Shown: positions 25,751 to 39,820, numbered from the whole stretch's first letter. The stretch is 62,942 nt of DNA, filler included, from Neoconidiobolus thromboides FSU 785 (GCA_025603075.1; 8 parts of 8 records of this genome joined end to end with filler, not necessarily neighbours in it), one strand, 5' to 3'. The notes: generated by a model from the sequence alone, not told the origin. A program made the numbers and translations.

Positions 25751-26438
25751 TAATAAAGACAACTCTAGAAAAATAATGGCTTTTAAAGCCAATTAATTAG
25801 TATCACAGCTTTATCATTTAGTTATTTTTTTGTATACTTATTTTTTAAACTTCAAATTTGAATAAACTATTAGTTAAGTAGCAGCTACAAAAATATGTTT
25901 ATACATGAAGAAAAATGTTATAATAGTATGTACGATTTAAAATATTAAAAATAAACAAGTTTTTTTATTAAGGATACATGAATCGTCTGTTTCTGTATGA
26001 TTTTCGAAAGAGAATGTCTAAATAATGATCTCAAAATTTTATAACGTTATTTTTAGTATATCTCAAATTTAACTTCAAAATAATAACTGTGGTTGTTTTA
26101 TTATTCTATGGTTATAAAATAGCCTTGATAGTTATATTTTTAAATAATGGCCTGTTTCTAAAAAATTGACTTCTATTTTTAAAATTCACCCAACTAAAAA
26201 TCTTGGCTTTAGCTTTATTTTAGTAGTTTAATTTATTTTGAACTAAATAAATAAACTTTGTATTATTTATAAATATCATTGTAATATACAACTAAATTGC
26301 TTTAAGGTAACAATTATAAATAATTGTTACCTTGTTTTCTTTTAAGACATTTTAAAAATGATACTTAGGTTGAATTTGTAACTCATAGTATAAATACTTT
26401 AATGAAATAATTGTTTTATATTATCAATTAAATCAAAT

Positions 26439-26555
26439 ATGAAATTTATTCAATCAATTGCTGCTTTATCTTTTGTACTTCCATTTGTAGTGTCTCTTTG
26501 TCCTAATCCAAATAGTGAACGTTGTAATAAAGGAAATAGTGGAGTTTATTGCTAT
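26439..26555 (+). CDS. Small secreted cysteine-rich peptide, 5' part only (cut by gap); not in the ORF track
   Basis: MKFIQSIAALSFVLPFVVSLCPNPNSERCNKGNSGVYCY: signal-like N-terminus and 3 Cys; TATAAATA at 26389. Confidence 0.7.
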
Positions 26556-26655
26556 NNNNNNNNNNNNNNNNNNNNNNNNNNNNNNNNNNNNNNNNNNNNT
26601 TAATTAATTAANNNNNNNNNNNNNNNNNNNNNNNNNNNNNNNNNNNNNNNNNNNN

Positions 26656-26966
26656 TCTTCTTCAGAAATATCAATAAATGGTTTCTTTAAGACTTCTCCA
26701 GCGTTGTTGATGACGATATCTACACCTCCATATTTAGCAGTGATCTTTTGAAAGATATCTTTGATTACATTGACTTTAGTGAGGTCACCTTGGACGATTA
26801 AAGAGTCACTAGAGAGTGCTGCTACCTCTTCAGCTGCTGCACGAGAATTGTCACTATGGTAATGAACAACCAATTTGGCACCCTCTTTGGCTAAATGTTC
26901 AGCAAAGGAACGACCCATATTCTTACTAGAACCAGTGATGAAAGCTACTTTGTTATTTAAACTCAT
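26656..26966 (-). CDS. Short-chain dehydrogenase/reductase, N-terminal part (3' part lost in gap)
   Basis: Rossmann motif ITGSSKNMG, GDLT, DIVINNAG.VLKKP; TATA at ~27012. Confidence 0.88.
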
Positions 26967-28906
26967 TTTGATTTTTGATTTTTATTATTATTACTTGGTT
27001 AACATTGGGGTATTTATACTTGATGAATTATACTGATAACCCATTAAATTATTATAAGTGACTACTTGTTCTTAATAACTTGAATTGTCTCAAGTTAAAG
27101 AAGCCCATATTTTCAAGGTTGGATGTGGGGTTTAACTCTGATGTTTAAGCTTTAGAGCTTGTAAGAATACTTGTATTTTTTTAAAGGGCTATCCTTGAAA
27201 TATTGTCGGAGTTATGTTGGGTGCTTACTTTTAAACTAGTATTTTATTGAAAATTAATCAGAATTGAAAAACTATTTTTGATTCAGTTTAGCATATTGCA
27301 TATGGGCTTTACGTTGATAATGTCCATGTTAAGAAAATCTAATGTTGAATTACTTCGATTTTCAACAATCGGGTTTAAGTTAAATTGATGTCAAAAATTG
27401 AAATTTATGTCCGATTAATTGAATAAAGTTCTTATATATTACTATAATAGAATATGTACCTTTATGTCTAATACTATTAAGAACAAAATAGTAAAAAGAA
27501 CTCAGTAAAAGGAACTGAAGTTTCATATTAACTAAAATAATTAAATATCTATTATGAATCAACGTATATTATAAATCAATTAAAACACCAAGGTTTTTGA
27601 GTTTTTGCATACTTTAAAAAGTGAAGGTATTTTTCATTATTTTATCTCTTTTTTGAACGCTATTGAGTGGAAAAAATGTTGATAAACTTCTCAGACAAAA
27701 ATCGGCATCGCCAAATAAAAGTAAAATTAGTAAAATTAGTAAAATTATTTCTATATTAAAATAAAGTTTCAATTAGATAAGGCAATGCCAAAGGTATCAT
27801 TTTATGTGTATTAGTTTAGCAAAATTACAAATTTGTCAAAAGTGAACTTTTTAACTAATTTTATAGGTTTAGTGAAAGTTTTATGGTCGATGTTGAGTAG
27901 CTATAATTATAATGAAAATAGTTGTCAAAATTTAAAAGCTTACGTTTAGGTTTTTGCTTATCTAAGTGGTATTTGTTTATACTATTTTTATTATTGACAT
28001 CACAAATCATTAAAAATAACATTATTTAAACTAAATTTCTATTCAAAATAGGTTTCAAAACTATTTTCAACCAAAATGAACATTTGGTATTTGAATTTCA
28101 CACTAAATATCATGTTAGCATACTAAATTTTCTATAACGCAATTGTTTTTAATTTTTCTTTTACCTTGTTTGCAAGTATTTTTACCTAAAAATATGATAA
28201 CAATCTATTCATATTTTAATAGCATTAACTTCAGCTTTTTATTGTCCCTTAAATTGGTCAAATTTCAATAAATGCTTTACAAATGAGCTAGCTGTATTTG
28301 GACAATTTTTTGATTCTTTTTCCTTTTTTGCTGTAATTTGAGATATTTGGAAAGTTTTCAAAAACTCCCACGCACCCTATAGTTATAACAATTCCAATAA
28401 TTACTAGAAAATTAAAGATTCATGCTGTCTAATCCAAATGTTTATGTAAAATATAATAAAGATATAAAATAAAAACACACTTTTAACAATCTATATTTAA
28501 CAATCTATATTTAACAAGGATATCAGAAACTAATTTGTCTTCATTTTATTCAATTTACAAAAGACTCAAGTCAACAATGACCTGATAATCTAAAATAGAA
28601 TAACTTGAGTAGAGAGTTTTACTAAAAATTCATCCCTGACTATTTAAAATCAAAAATTCGAATTATGATTAACCTCATCCAATCAACGTCATTTAACTTG
28701 TAATTCGGTCATATCGCCATTGAATATTTTAGTGATAGGTTAAGTTTTAAGAATAAACATAATTAAAAAAAAAGAATATAAAACAAAGGTATAGGAAGCA
28801 AATAGCTTCATTTTTTTATTGATTTAAAAGCAAACACAGTAAATTACGATATACTTCAACAATATACATATATTAATCTATGACCCACTTATCAAAAAGA
28901 TTCAAA

Positions 28907-30625
28907 ATGTTAAAGAGTTTTATTGATTATTCACCAGAATCTCATTTTTCTATTCAAAATTTACCATTTGGTATCTTTTCTGTTAATCAAGTAAGTTTCT
29001 ATCTATCCTTTTATGAAGCCTTATCCTTAACTAACTACTTTAAAAAAGAATACTCCAAGAGTAGGTGTAGCTATTGGAGATCAAGTATTAGATCTTAGTG
29101 TGATTGCTAATGCTGGTTTATTTGATCAAAATGTACCAGAATTAAATAATGAAGCCAAAGATGTTTTTTCTCAAGTAAGTTCATCCTATCTTAACTCATA
29201 TCAACCCCCTTCTAACCTCGCTCTTTAGACTACTCTTAACAAATTGATGTCTTATACTCGTCCAGTATGGACAGCTACTCGTAATTATATTCAAACGTTA
29301 TTATCTTCTGAAAATCCAACCTTACGTGATAATCAAAGCTTACGTTCGGAAGCTTTAATTCCATTAACTCAAGTTCAAATGCATTTACCAGCAAATATTG
29401 GTGATTATACCGATTTTTATGCTTCTAGAGAACATGCTACTAACGTAGGTATTATGTTCCGTGGTAAAGATAATGCCCTTCAACCTAATTGGTAAGTTTA
29501 TTATAATAAGTTTATAAGATAATGTGTTAATAATACTTTTATTTTAAAAATAATTTAGGTTACATTTACCAGTTGGTTATCATGGTCGTGCTTCTTCAAT
29601 TGTTGTTTCAGGTACTGATTTAACTAGACCAAAAGGTCAAAAATGTCCAGTTAAAGGAGAACCACCAGTATTTGGTGAATGTGCTAGATTAGACATTGAA
29701 TTAGAAATGGTAATTTTTTTAATAATTATATTAACTTAATTTAATTTATTATAATAAAAGGCTTTCTTTGTTGGTACTGGTAACAAATTAGGACAACCAA
29801 TTTCAATTGAGAATGCTGAAGATTATATTTTTGGTGTTGTCGTTATGAACGATTGGTCTGGTAAATTATTATTATTTATATAATTGATAAAATTAATTTT
29901 ATTTTATTTTAATTAGCAAGAGATATTCAGGCATGGGAATATGTACCATTAGGTCCTTTCCTTGGTAAAAACTTTGGTACTACTATCTCTCCTTGGGTTG
30001 TTACTATTGATGCTCTTAAACCTTTTGCTACTCAACAACCAGATCAAAGTGTAATTACAATAATGATAATTGTATTCAATATGTTTATTTATTTTATTAT
30101 TATAGGAACCAACTCCATTACCATACTTACAATCTAAATCTAAAGATGCTTTTGATATTAATTTAGAGTTTAAACTTAAACGTAAGTTATTATTTGTATG
30201 ATACGTAGTAAATATTTTAATTTTAATTTTAATTTTAAAATAGCAAATGGAGATAATGAATTTCATCCTGTATCTAAATCTAACTTAAAATATATGTATT
30301 GGACATTTAAACAACAATTAGCTCATCATACTGTTAATGGATGTAATTTAAGACCTGGGGATCTTCTTGGCTCTGGTACTATTTCTGGTGCTGTAAGTTT
30401 TGATTATAATTATTATATTTTATATTAACATATTATTAGGATGAATCTAGTTATGGATCTCTATTGGAATTAACTTGGTCTGGCCAAAAAGAACTTCAAG
30501 TTGGTAATAATACTAGAAAATTTTTACAAGACGGAGATGAAGTTGATCTTATTGGTTATTGCCAAGGGGATGGTTTCCGTGTTGGTTTTGGTAATTGTTT
30601 AGGTAAAATTTTACCATCCGTTTAA
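28907..30625 (+). CDS. FAH: Fumarylacetoacetase, multi-exon (alternative in-frame ATG at 28880)
   Basis: [95 protein letters not shown]. Confidence 0.95.
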
Positions 30626-30794
30626 ATAAAATAAAAAAACAAGAATAATTTGTTTTTATGAGTGGATAAAAATATGAAATAAAATAAAATTAAAAATATA
30701 AATGAAATGTATTTAAATTTTTAATAATATAGTTAACTAAGTTAACCCAAGTTTCACTTTTTTTAAATAACTACTTAGTTCGAAATAATTATAT

Positions 30795-30892
30795 GAGGAT
30801 GTATTTCTGTGTTTAAGAATTTTGCTAATAACTTTTCCGCTCAAATAGCGCTTAAAAGATGGAAAAAATAATGAAACCAAAAAAACGCTCCC
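30795..30892. mobile_element. MITE family A copy
   Basis: ATAT-GAGGATGTATTT...AAAACGCTCCC-ATAT. Confidence 0.85.
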
Positions 30893-31764
30893 ATATGTTG
30901 TTGGCGAAAATATCAAATATATAATTTAATCTTTAGATTTATTTATGTTTTATATTTTTTCCAACTCGTAAATATCAGTAAGTAATCATTGTTTATATAC
31001 CCATAATAATTTAGTATACTAGTTTTAGAAAATAATAGTAATTCATTCAATGATTCTATAAACCGTGATGAGCAATCAAGTGACACTCATATTAGTAAAA
31101 CAGATGATAAATTTAATTTCATGACTTTAAAAGAAATTGATATTACTCACAAAGACAGAGACCCTGATCAAAGAGAACCTATAAAAGAAGAAGAAAAGAT
31201 ATAGTCAACTAGTGTAATCAATAACGACGAAAATGCTTAAAGCAGTGTTTAGTATCAATAGCAATATCAATCATTATTTTGACAGGGTTGAACAAGAAGG
31301 TGAAGAGTATTGAAAAATTAAGGTTATTTAAAATTAAAGTTGAATATTAACTTTGTGGAATTTAGTATTACTGCCAGCTCTTTAAAATTTAAAATGATTA
31401 GCAAATGAAAATTATCATATCTTATATCCTCTTTAATAGCTTTCTAGAGGAGATAAATTAAATCTTTAATAGCTATTCAAAAAATATTCAATATTTTTTT
31501 GTCAAAATTTCTGAATTTTGAACTTTTTAGGAAAACATGATCGATTGCAAACAAATGCTTAAACTAAGGAAAAAACAGTCCTGATGAAGTCATCAAAAAA
31601 TATTTCACTTTTTTTATTTATTCAATCTATTTATACAATCTATTTATACATTTTATATTTATTTCAACCCGCAATCGCAGCCAAAATATCAGCAAGTAAA
31701 CATCATTTACACAACCTCACTAAACTCTACTAACTTCATTTTAAAACTAGATAATAGTAACAGC

Positions 31765-34700
31765 ATGTCATCCGGTGATTCTATTAATAATAGCGATAAT
31801 CAATCTAATGATAATCGAAATAACCAAACAATTGAGGTCTCCACTACTTCTAATTTAGTAGGTTATGATACTGAAGATGAAGAATTTCGAAATTATTATG
31901 ATGTAATGGGAGATGATGAAGAAGAGACAAGATTTACTGAACATGAAGACAGAGATTTAGTAGATCAAGATATGTCTAACAGAAGTGAAGATAGAGAAGG
32001 TAAGAGAAAAAAATAGTTTTAAATTCTTAATTTAATATTTAAAAGAACATAAGAAATAATGTTAATCTACCCAATTTAGAACAATCAGAAAGCGAATTAA
32101 CGGGTGAACGTCTTTTAGAAGTTACGGATATAAATGAATATGGAGATGGTGAATACTTTGATTCTACAGACCAAGAAGACACAAGGATTACCGAAAATCA
32201 AGGTAGAAATTCAACTAATCAAAATGTGTCTAATAGAGAAGGTAACTAAGTAAAAATGGTTAAAAATTCAATTGAACATTGACACATCAAATTAATAGAA
32301 ATTAACGCCGTAAACAGTCCAGAAGAGACCGAAAATCAACGAAGAATCCGAGCACTTGAGGATGTAATGAATTTTTCAGGTGACTTTGGAGGCTATATAC
32401 TATCTAGTGAAGAACCTTTAGAAGAAGAAGAAGAAGAAGAAATAGGAGTTCATTATGAAGTCAATCCATCCATACAAGAAGAAAGCGAAGACTATGAGGA
32501 AGAAGAAGATAACAACGACCCTGATGGATATCAAGACCCAGATTGGATCGATGAAGAAATTGAAATTGATTCGGATGGTTTTGAAATTGAAGAAATTGAT
32601 GAAATGGAAGCTTTTATGTTTAACATGGGGCGCAGGTTTAAAAGATATACTAAAGAAGATAAGAAAGAAGTAGATAGAAAATTTAAAGAGTTGATCAAAA
32701 GACAAAGAAAAGAGAGTAAAGAGACATTCAATGATTTAGGGTTTTCAATGTTTGAAGAAGTTAATAGATGTTATGGAGATGATTTGACTCAATTTCCCTA
32801 TCTTTCACAAAGACTTCTCTGGTCTAAAAAAGTAGGTGCAAATAATGTACCCAAATTAGCAATGAGTAAGGTGGGTTTAGATATTTTCAAATTGGAAATT
32901 TAAAATAATAGTAGCCTTAATAATAATAGGATTTGATACCCAATTCACGTGGTAGCCTAGTAAGAAGTTATAGTAATCGGGTTTATTCTGGACAATTTTC
33001 AGAGGATGGGTAATTTTATTTAGTCGTTTTAGTTTCAACAGTATTGGTATTAATTTATTATCCTTTGATTTTTAGTTCTTTTTTTTATTCTTGCTCTCAA
33101 GACTTTAAAGTAAGATTATTTAGTACAGATAAAGAAAACTTAGAAGAAGTAAAGGTAGTAAGAGCAGATATTGGTAAATTTCTTATCTAAATGCTTAAAC
33201 TGTATTTCTGATTTATTTTGTATTTATTTTAGGTCAATGGACAATTACAGGTAAATATAGAATCCAAATAAGATTAGAATAAATATTTATATAATTACAA
33301 TTATAAGATGCTACGTTAAGCAGAAATAATAAATGGCTGGCATATTCTTCCATTGCACCCATTGCTTACTTAACCAGAACCGATGTTACGGACGATATTC
33401 AATCTAGATTGTCATTTTCAAATTCTAGAAGAGAAGAGTTTGGGGTAATAGAATTATGATTATTATTTAAAACATAACAATAATAATGGTAATGATATTT
33501 TACTATAATTAGATATGGTCCTTAAGATTTTCATCAGATGGTAAAGAAATAGTAGCTGGTACCTCCAATCGATCAATCATGAGTAATTTATTAGTTAATA
33601 TTAAAATACAAATTAACAGTACTTACAACTAATAATAAACAGTTCTTGATATTGAATCTAAAACAGTAGTATTTGATCAAAAAGGACATCGAGATGATGT
33701 TAATGCAGTATGCTTTGCAGACGATTCTTCACAAATTATGTTTTCAGGCTCAGATGATTCTTTAATTAAAGTTTGGTAATTGATTTTTGTTATATTAAAA
33801 ATAAAAAAATAATACCGGTTTTTTATAGGGACAGAAGATCAATGTATGGTAATGATTGTAGTCCAGCTGGTACTTTAGTTGGTCATACTGCTGGTTTAAC
33901 TTTTGTTGCTTCTAAAGGGGATGGTAGATATTGTATTTCAAATTCAAAAGATCAAAGTATGAAATTATGGGATATTAGGTAAACTATCATTTATTATACT
34001 ATACTATTTAATTTAAATTATTTAATTATTCTATCTTGAATAGAAAATTAGTATCAGTAGACAGGTTTGATCTTACTTCTCATGTAGATAGTGTACTTCA
34101 ATTTGATTATCGGTAACTTATTATTATTATTATTATTATAACTATAATTTATTCTTACTTTTAGTATATTATCTTATCCTTTGAATAGTCCATTAACTCA
34201 CCCAGATGATGTATCTGTAATGACATATAAAGGACATGAAGTATTATCTACATTAATAAGATGCCATTTTTCACCAGCTGCTTCAACTGGACAAAAGTAA
34301 TTTAGCTTCTGTTAAATTAAACCATTATCAATATTAATATTAACTAATATAATATTTGTATTAGATATTTATATACTGGGTCTTCAAATGGTAAAATACA
34401 TATATATAATTTAGATGGTACTGTGGCTCAAATATTGGATACAAATGGAGCTATGAGAGGTAGTGATGAGGGAATAATTAATTGTGGATTAAAGCAATAT
34501 AGTGAAGAAAAACAACGTATATTACCACAAGAAGACAGCGATTTTTCTAGTCCAGAAAGAGAAAGAAGAAATCGAAGAAATGAAAGTAATCAAGCACCAT
34601 TAGATCTTATTGCTGCTTTATTAGGTGGTAGAAGCAGTGGAAGTAGTAGAAGTAATAGAAGTGGTAATTATTCTCATACTAAAAAAGTAGTTCGGGATGT

Positions 34701-34869
34701 TGCTTGGCATCCTAATTATCCAATAATTATTGCTTCTTGTTGGGATAGTGGTAAAGGCAGATTAAATAAACACATATTTACAACGGATGCTAGAGGGAAT
34801 GGTATGAGTCATAAAAGTGAAAGTAGATATCGTACTAGATCAAGAGCTAAAAATAGTCATAATTATTAA
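31765..34869 (+). CDS. DCAF11: WD40 protein DCAF11/WDR23/LEC14B-like with acidic N-terminus, multi-exon
   Basis: GHRDDVNAVCFADDSSQIMFSGSDDSLIKVWDRRSM, LVGHTAGLTFVASKGDGRYCISNSKDQSMKLWDIR, YKGHEVLSTLIRCHFSP, VRDVAWHP. Confidence 0.88.
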
Positions 34870-35035
34870 ATTTAAAGCTATGTATTGTATTATTTAGATT
34901 GTTATTAAAATTAGGATTTATTTTATTTTAAAAAAAAAGTAGAATCTGAAAAGTCATATAAAAGTATATAAAATTGAAGATGAAAAAGAATAAAGAATAA
35001 GGAGAGGATAATAATAAGAATAAGTAAATTTTAAA

Positions 35036-36886
35036 TTAAACTTTAAAAGTAAGTTGTTTTGATGGTGTTGTTGTTGATGATGATTTTAACAATTTGTTTT
35101 TAATATTTGAATTTAAATTTAATTCATTAATAATTTGATCAAATAATTGTAAATTTAAAGTAGCTAATTTATATTGAAATTTAACTTTTTTTAATATCAA
35201 AAAATGATCTCGACATTTTTTTAAAGCTTTTGATAATCTCTTATTCATATTGGAATTAGTTTCTACTTGATCTAAATAGCGTAATATAAATATAAAACAA
35301 GCTGAAGTCATACCAACGGAACCATAAAAATTATAATTAATATTGAGTTTAATACCATATTCTAATACACAAGCGCATGCTTCTAATGCTTGATTTAATT
35401 GATCTTTATTGGGTTTAAAAGGTGTATAGGAAGTATGATGATGAGGTTGTTTGATTGGATTATATAAAGATAAAGAAAAATTAAAAAATTGAAAATAATG
35501 ACAACGAAAAGCAATAGCATCAATACTTACTTGAATTATATTAATTTTATCTAAATCACCAATTAAATTGGCTTTCAATTGATATAGCTTTTGTAATATT
35601 TTGGAATTTTTCAATAATAATTTTTCAATTAATTGTTTGCATTGTAATTCATAATGAGATTTATCTTGTTTGCGATCTACTATTTTTTCTTTTAATTTGG
35701 CTAATTCAAATAAATACAAATTAAAATAAGCTAAACATTGATTAAAATGAATTGAACAAATTTCAATTAATTTACTTAATGAAATTGTATTAATTGGTAA
35801 TTGATTAAAATAATTCAAGTATCTTTTTAATGACTTATTAGGCTGAAATTGAATATCATTCATTAATAATACATTATTCATTAAGGGTGAAAAATTAACA
35901 TAAAACATTAAAGAGTTATAAGTTAACATTCTTTCTAATTGAACTTTCGGATGTAAATTAGGTTGAGGTAAATGTAATCCAATATTATGGGCTATTTTCA
36001 ATGCAATTGATGCTAATGAATATTGTATTTTATTTATAAATCCAATATTATTAATACCCATTAATAATATAACTATTGCTTGAACTGTATTTAATTTAAT
36101 TTTTAATCTATTAAAAGATAACAGATATTGAATTTGTGCTGTTAAATTATCAATCAAAGACGAAATAAAAGGATCGGAGTCCATCAGTAATAACCCACTT
36201 AAATAAATTGAATAATTTAATAACTTACTTCGAGTTGACTGAAGATAAATACTTTCAATTGTAATTGGACTAAATAAATTGGGATTTCTTAAAAATGTTT
36301 GTTTAGCTTGATTTAATATAATTGGTAGCCGTGGTAAATTAATACGAAACATCTTTAATGGATGAAATTCTTGTTTTTCAATGCCTTTGTCATCATTCAA
36401 TAATTTAGTTAAGGTCATAAATAACTTTAAATCCTTATTTTTACTGCTTAAATCAGGAAATTGTAATAGAGTTAATAAATTAATAATTCGATATCTTTTA
36501 GGTGCATTATCTGAACTTAATTGAACAATTGATAGAGCATGAATCTTTTCATTAGGTACAACAAATTGAACATTTTGTGTATAACTTATTAATTGTTCGT
36601 TTTTATCATTTTCATCATTATTTTTTTCTTTATCTGATTTATTATCCATTCTAAAATTAAATGAATTTTGGTCCATGGCCATTGTACGTAATTTATTTCT
36701 TTGTAATTTTCTTAAATAAGTACATTTTATTCCACCTTTTTCACAGTTATCGCAGGTAGGATATGTTCGATCACAGCCCTTTCTTTTTTTTGCACATTGA
36801 TCACACCGATTCAACGAAGCTCTTGGCTTTAATTTGGATGTATCCGTTGAAATAATGGTTTCATGCATTGTTGTTTGTAATTTCAA
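35036..36886 (-). CDS. Zn(II)2Cys6 fungal transcription factor, intronless, 616 aa
   Basis: CDQCAKKRKGCDRTYPTCDNCEKGGIKC six-cysteine cluster, followed by a middle-homology-like region (ALKIAHNIGLH...ERMLTYNSL). Confidence 0.9.
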   Translation of the reverse strand: MKLQTTMHETIISTDTSKLKPRASLNRCDQCAKKRKGCDRTYPTCDNCEKGGIKCTYLRKLQRNKLRTMAMDQNSFNFRMDNKSDKEKNNDENDKNEQLISYTQNVQFVVPNEKIHALSIVQLSSDNAPKRYRIINLLTLLQFPDLSSKNKDLKLFMTLTKLLNDDKGIEKQEFHPLKMFRINLPRLPIILNQAKQTFLRNPNLFSPITIESIYLQSTRSKLLNYSIYLSGLLLMDSDPFISSLIDNLTAQIQYLLSFNRLKIKLNTVQAIVILLMGINNIGFINKIQYSLASIALKIAHNIGLHLPQPNLHPKVQLERMLTYNSLMFYVNFSPLMNNVLLMNDIQFQPNKSLKRYLNYFNQLPINTISLSKLIEICSIHFNQCLAYFNLYLFELAKLKEKIVDRKQDKSHYELQCKQLIEKLLLKNSKILQKLYQLKANLIGDLDKINIIQVSIDAIAFRCHYFQFFNFSLSLYNPIKQPHHHTSYTPFKPNKDQLNQALEACACVLEYGIKLNINYNFYGSVGMTSACFIFILRYLDQVETNSNMNKRLSKALKKCRDHFLILKKVKFQYKLATLNLQLFDQIINELNLNSNIKNKLLKSSSTTTPSKQLTFKV

Positions 36887-38499
36887 TATTGTTTAAATAT
36901 AAGAGAAATTTAATAAAAATTAGAAAGTTAAAAAAAGATGAAGTAATAAAAATTCACTTTCTTTTTTTTTTAACTTGACATTTTGGTGCTTAATTGAAAC
37001 CAAAATCTTCATAAATATAAAACAGTAAATGGGAAGATTTGGGAGTGATCAAATGAAAATAATATTGGTACTTGAGGAGCTCAATTACCATTTTAATTGG
37101 CTAGATCTTTATCTTGACTGAGTCTATTGGTCAAATATTAAAATGAGCAAAAAGTATTCTTGAATTTTTTTATTTAGAATGATTAAGGGATGGCCTAATT
37201 AAGCCAACTATTTTATTAACATTTAAGATTGGAATTGAAATTTGTGCTAACTTTTTTGGGACATAATAATAAATAATTACCACTTTTTATTCATTTTGAA
37301 ATTGATTAGCTAATAAAGAATTACAAATAAATTATAGTCTAAATAGCCAATATTGTTTAATATTGTTATTAAATAAAGTAGATTAAAAATTATAAAAACA
37401 AATAATAAATAATAAATTATAAATTATAAGGGTTTAATCTCTTTTTTAATGTTTTAATGTTTTAATGATTACTATTATATTACCCTTGTAGCAGCGGTAT
37501 TTTTACTTAAGAACTACTAAATTTAGTCATTATAATAAAAAATTTAAGTAAAAATCAAGATTTTTATATTGAGGTATTTACTTTTTAAATGATATAACAT
37601 TAATTCCAATTAATTAAATGTTGAATTAAAAAATCAGAATGTTAACAATTTGTTAGTATTAAATTTAATTTAATATATAAAAATTGTAATTATTAATAAG
37701 TAATAATCTAAATAGCGAGATACAATATTAGATGCAGTATTAAAAAATAATAACTCGCAATTTAAAGAACTACATAAAATGAGAAAGAGATTGTTTATGT
37801 TTTTTTAAAAACAAATAGATCATTAGTATTCATTATTTACCCCCAATTACTATTTATAACAATAAAATGACACAGTATTTTTCATAGCTCTGAGTATTGA
37901 CAAAACCAGTATATAATGTTATTTTTTAATATACAAAATCAATATTTTAACAGAAGATTGAAATTTACGAATTACTTTAAATGTTGATTCATTATATTTA
38001 GTAATTATTTTACTATTTTTAATACTATCATGAAAACATATCATATTCATTATAAAATTTTCATAAGCTTTTAAAAAGCCTAGAATTATGGAGATAGAAT
38101 AATTTTAAATTCTATAATTTCATAAGCTAATAAGTTCGGATTATTAATATCAAAACTACTGCGACTTAATACTATTTATAATATTTAATATTCGGTTAAT
38201 TATCGCTTTTATTTATTCAATTTTTTTAAAAGTATAAATGAATGATCTAAGTGTATATTAGTTGATTTTGGTAATTGGGTAATCGTTATTCCCTTTAGAA
38301 AAAAAATAAAATGTAAACATTTTTAGTACTTAACATTATTTATCAGGGTTGAAGTTTTAATAGGGAACAGTAGTAATTAATAATGAATAAAAGTTAATTG
38401 TTATTGGTTTATTGATAGTTGAAATTCATAGAATTAAATGAGTAGTAGGTTTTTTAGATAACAATAAGCAATAACAAAATGAATATAATTTTCGTTATA

Positions 38500-39490
38500 T
38501 AGAGGTGTATTTTTTAAGAATCTTACTAATAATCTTTCTGCTCAAATAGTGCCCAAAAAATGGAAAAAGTAATGAGACTAAAAAAACATCCCCATATATT
38601 AAATTTTTTAATATAATAATCATTTATTTTCTAAATATTTATTAAAATAAATCAAACTTTCAAAAATCTATTAGAGGCTCTCTTCAAGATAATGTCTTTT
38701 TACTTTTAAATTTATAGTTGTTAAAATAACATTAAAACACTAAATATATATAGCTCAATTTTTATTTTATTTTTTCAAACTTTTGTATTTTAGATTTTAA
38801 TTGCTATAATTGAAATTAATCCAAAATTCAAGCATCAAAAAACCTACTATATGAGTAATATAGTTTAAAATTTTATATCTTATAAGATTTTAAACAAAAT
38901 AAAATAACTTACTTAATAAATATACAATTTAGAATACTTAAATATACCAAAAGTTTAATGTATTCGAAAAGTGTAAAACTGAAGATTTTTAATATAAGAA
39001 GAGGCTATTTTCAATTTCATTATTTTTTCTAGTTTTTAAACACCCTCAACGGGAAAGGTAATAGGAAATCTCATAGAAAAAAAACACCCTTATGTATGGA
39101 GATCCATTTTTGTGTTTGAGGATTTTACTAACAAAATTTTCACTCAAGTAGCATTTAAAAGATGAAAAAAACGATGAAGCCAAAAAAAGCTCATATTTAA
39201 AAAAGATTTAAAATTTTAATACTGTTTAAATAAATGGTATTAAAAGGGGTTTTATAATATTGATATAGTATCTCAACTATATAAAGCTTGGTATTTAAAA
39301 TAATTTATATAAAACTAATAAAAAAAGTAAAGAATTATATATTTTTTAGTTGAAAATTAGTTAATACCAAAAACGAAATTTAAATGTATATGGGGATGTT
39401 TTTTTTGGCTTCATCATTTTTTCCATCTTTTAAGCGCCATTTGAGCGGAAAAATTATTAGCAAAATTCTTAAACACAGAAATACATCCCC
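38500..39490. mobile_element. Cluster of four MITE A copies (~38500-38593, ~39000-39090, ~39097-39193, 39392-39490)
   Basis: Family core in each. The last is near-consensus with ATAT on both sides. Confidence 0.8.
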
Positions 39491-39820
39491 ATATGCTTTA
39501 TTTAGGTATTAATAGTTCTATTATAACCATAGGTATCAAAATAAATTATAAAACCATCACTAGATTTGTTGTGAAAATCTATATTAATGTAATGGTTTTG
39601 ATTTCAAGTAACTTTAAGTGGAAGATTTAAAACTATATAATTGAAAAGTAGAAAACATTAAGCTTGAAATATAAAATTTTAGGCAAAGCATGTATTTATA
39701 TATACAGCTTTTAGAAAAAGNNNNNNNNNNNNNNNNNNNNNNNNNNNNNNNNNNNNNNNNNNNNTTAATTAATTAANNNNNNNNNNNNNNNNNNNNNNNN
39801 NNNNNNNNNNNNNNNNNNNN

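Noticed and set aside
26600-26611. TTAATTAATTAA palindrome centred in seven N-gaps
   Set aside because: Identical and always embedded in Ns: an assembly spacer (stops in all frames), not biology.
28472-28516. Short tandem 9-14 bp repeats (also ~27722, ~31623, ~42540) and AT palindromes (~17248)
   Set aside because: Only 2-3 units of AT-rich sequence, expected from slippage or chance at this composition.
18870-30625. ALDH7A1, SDR and FAH as a catabolic gene cluster
   Set aside because: Different pathways (lysine vs tyrosine), separated by unrelated genes; no other homogentisate-pathway genes in the window.
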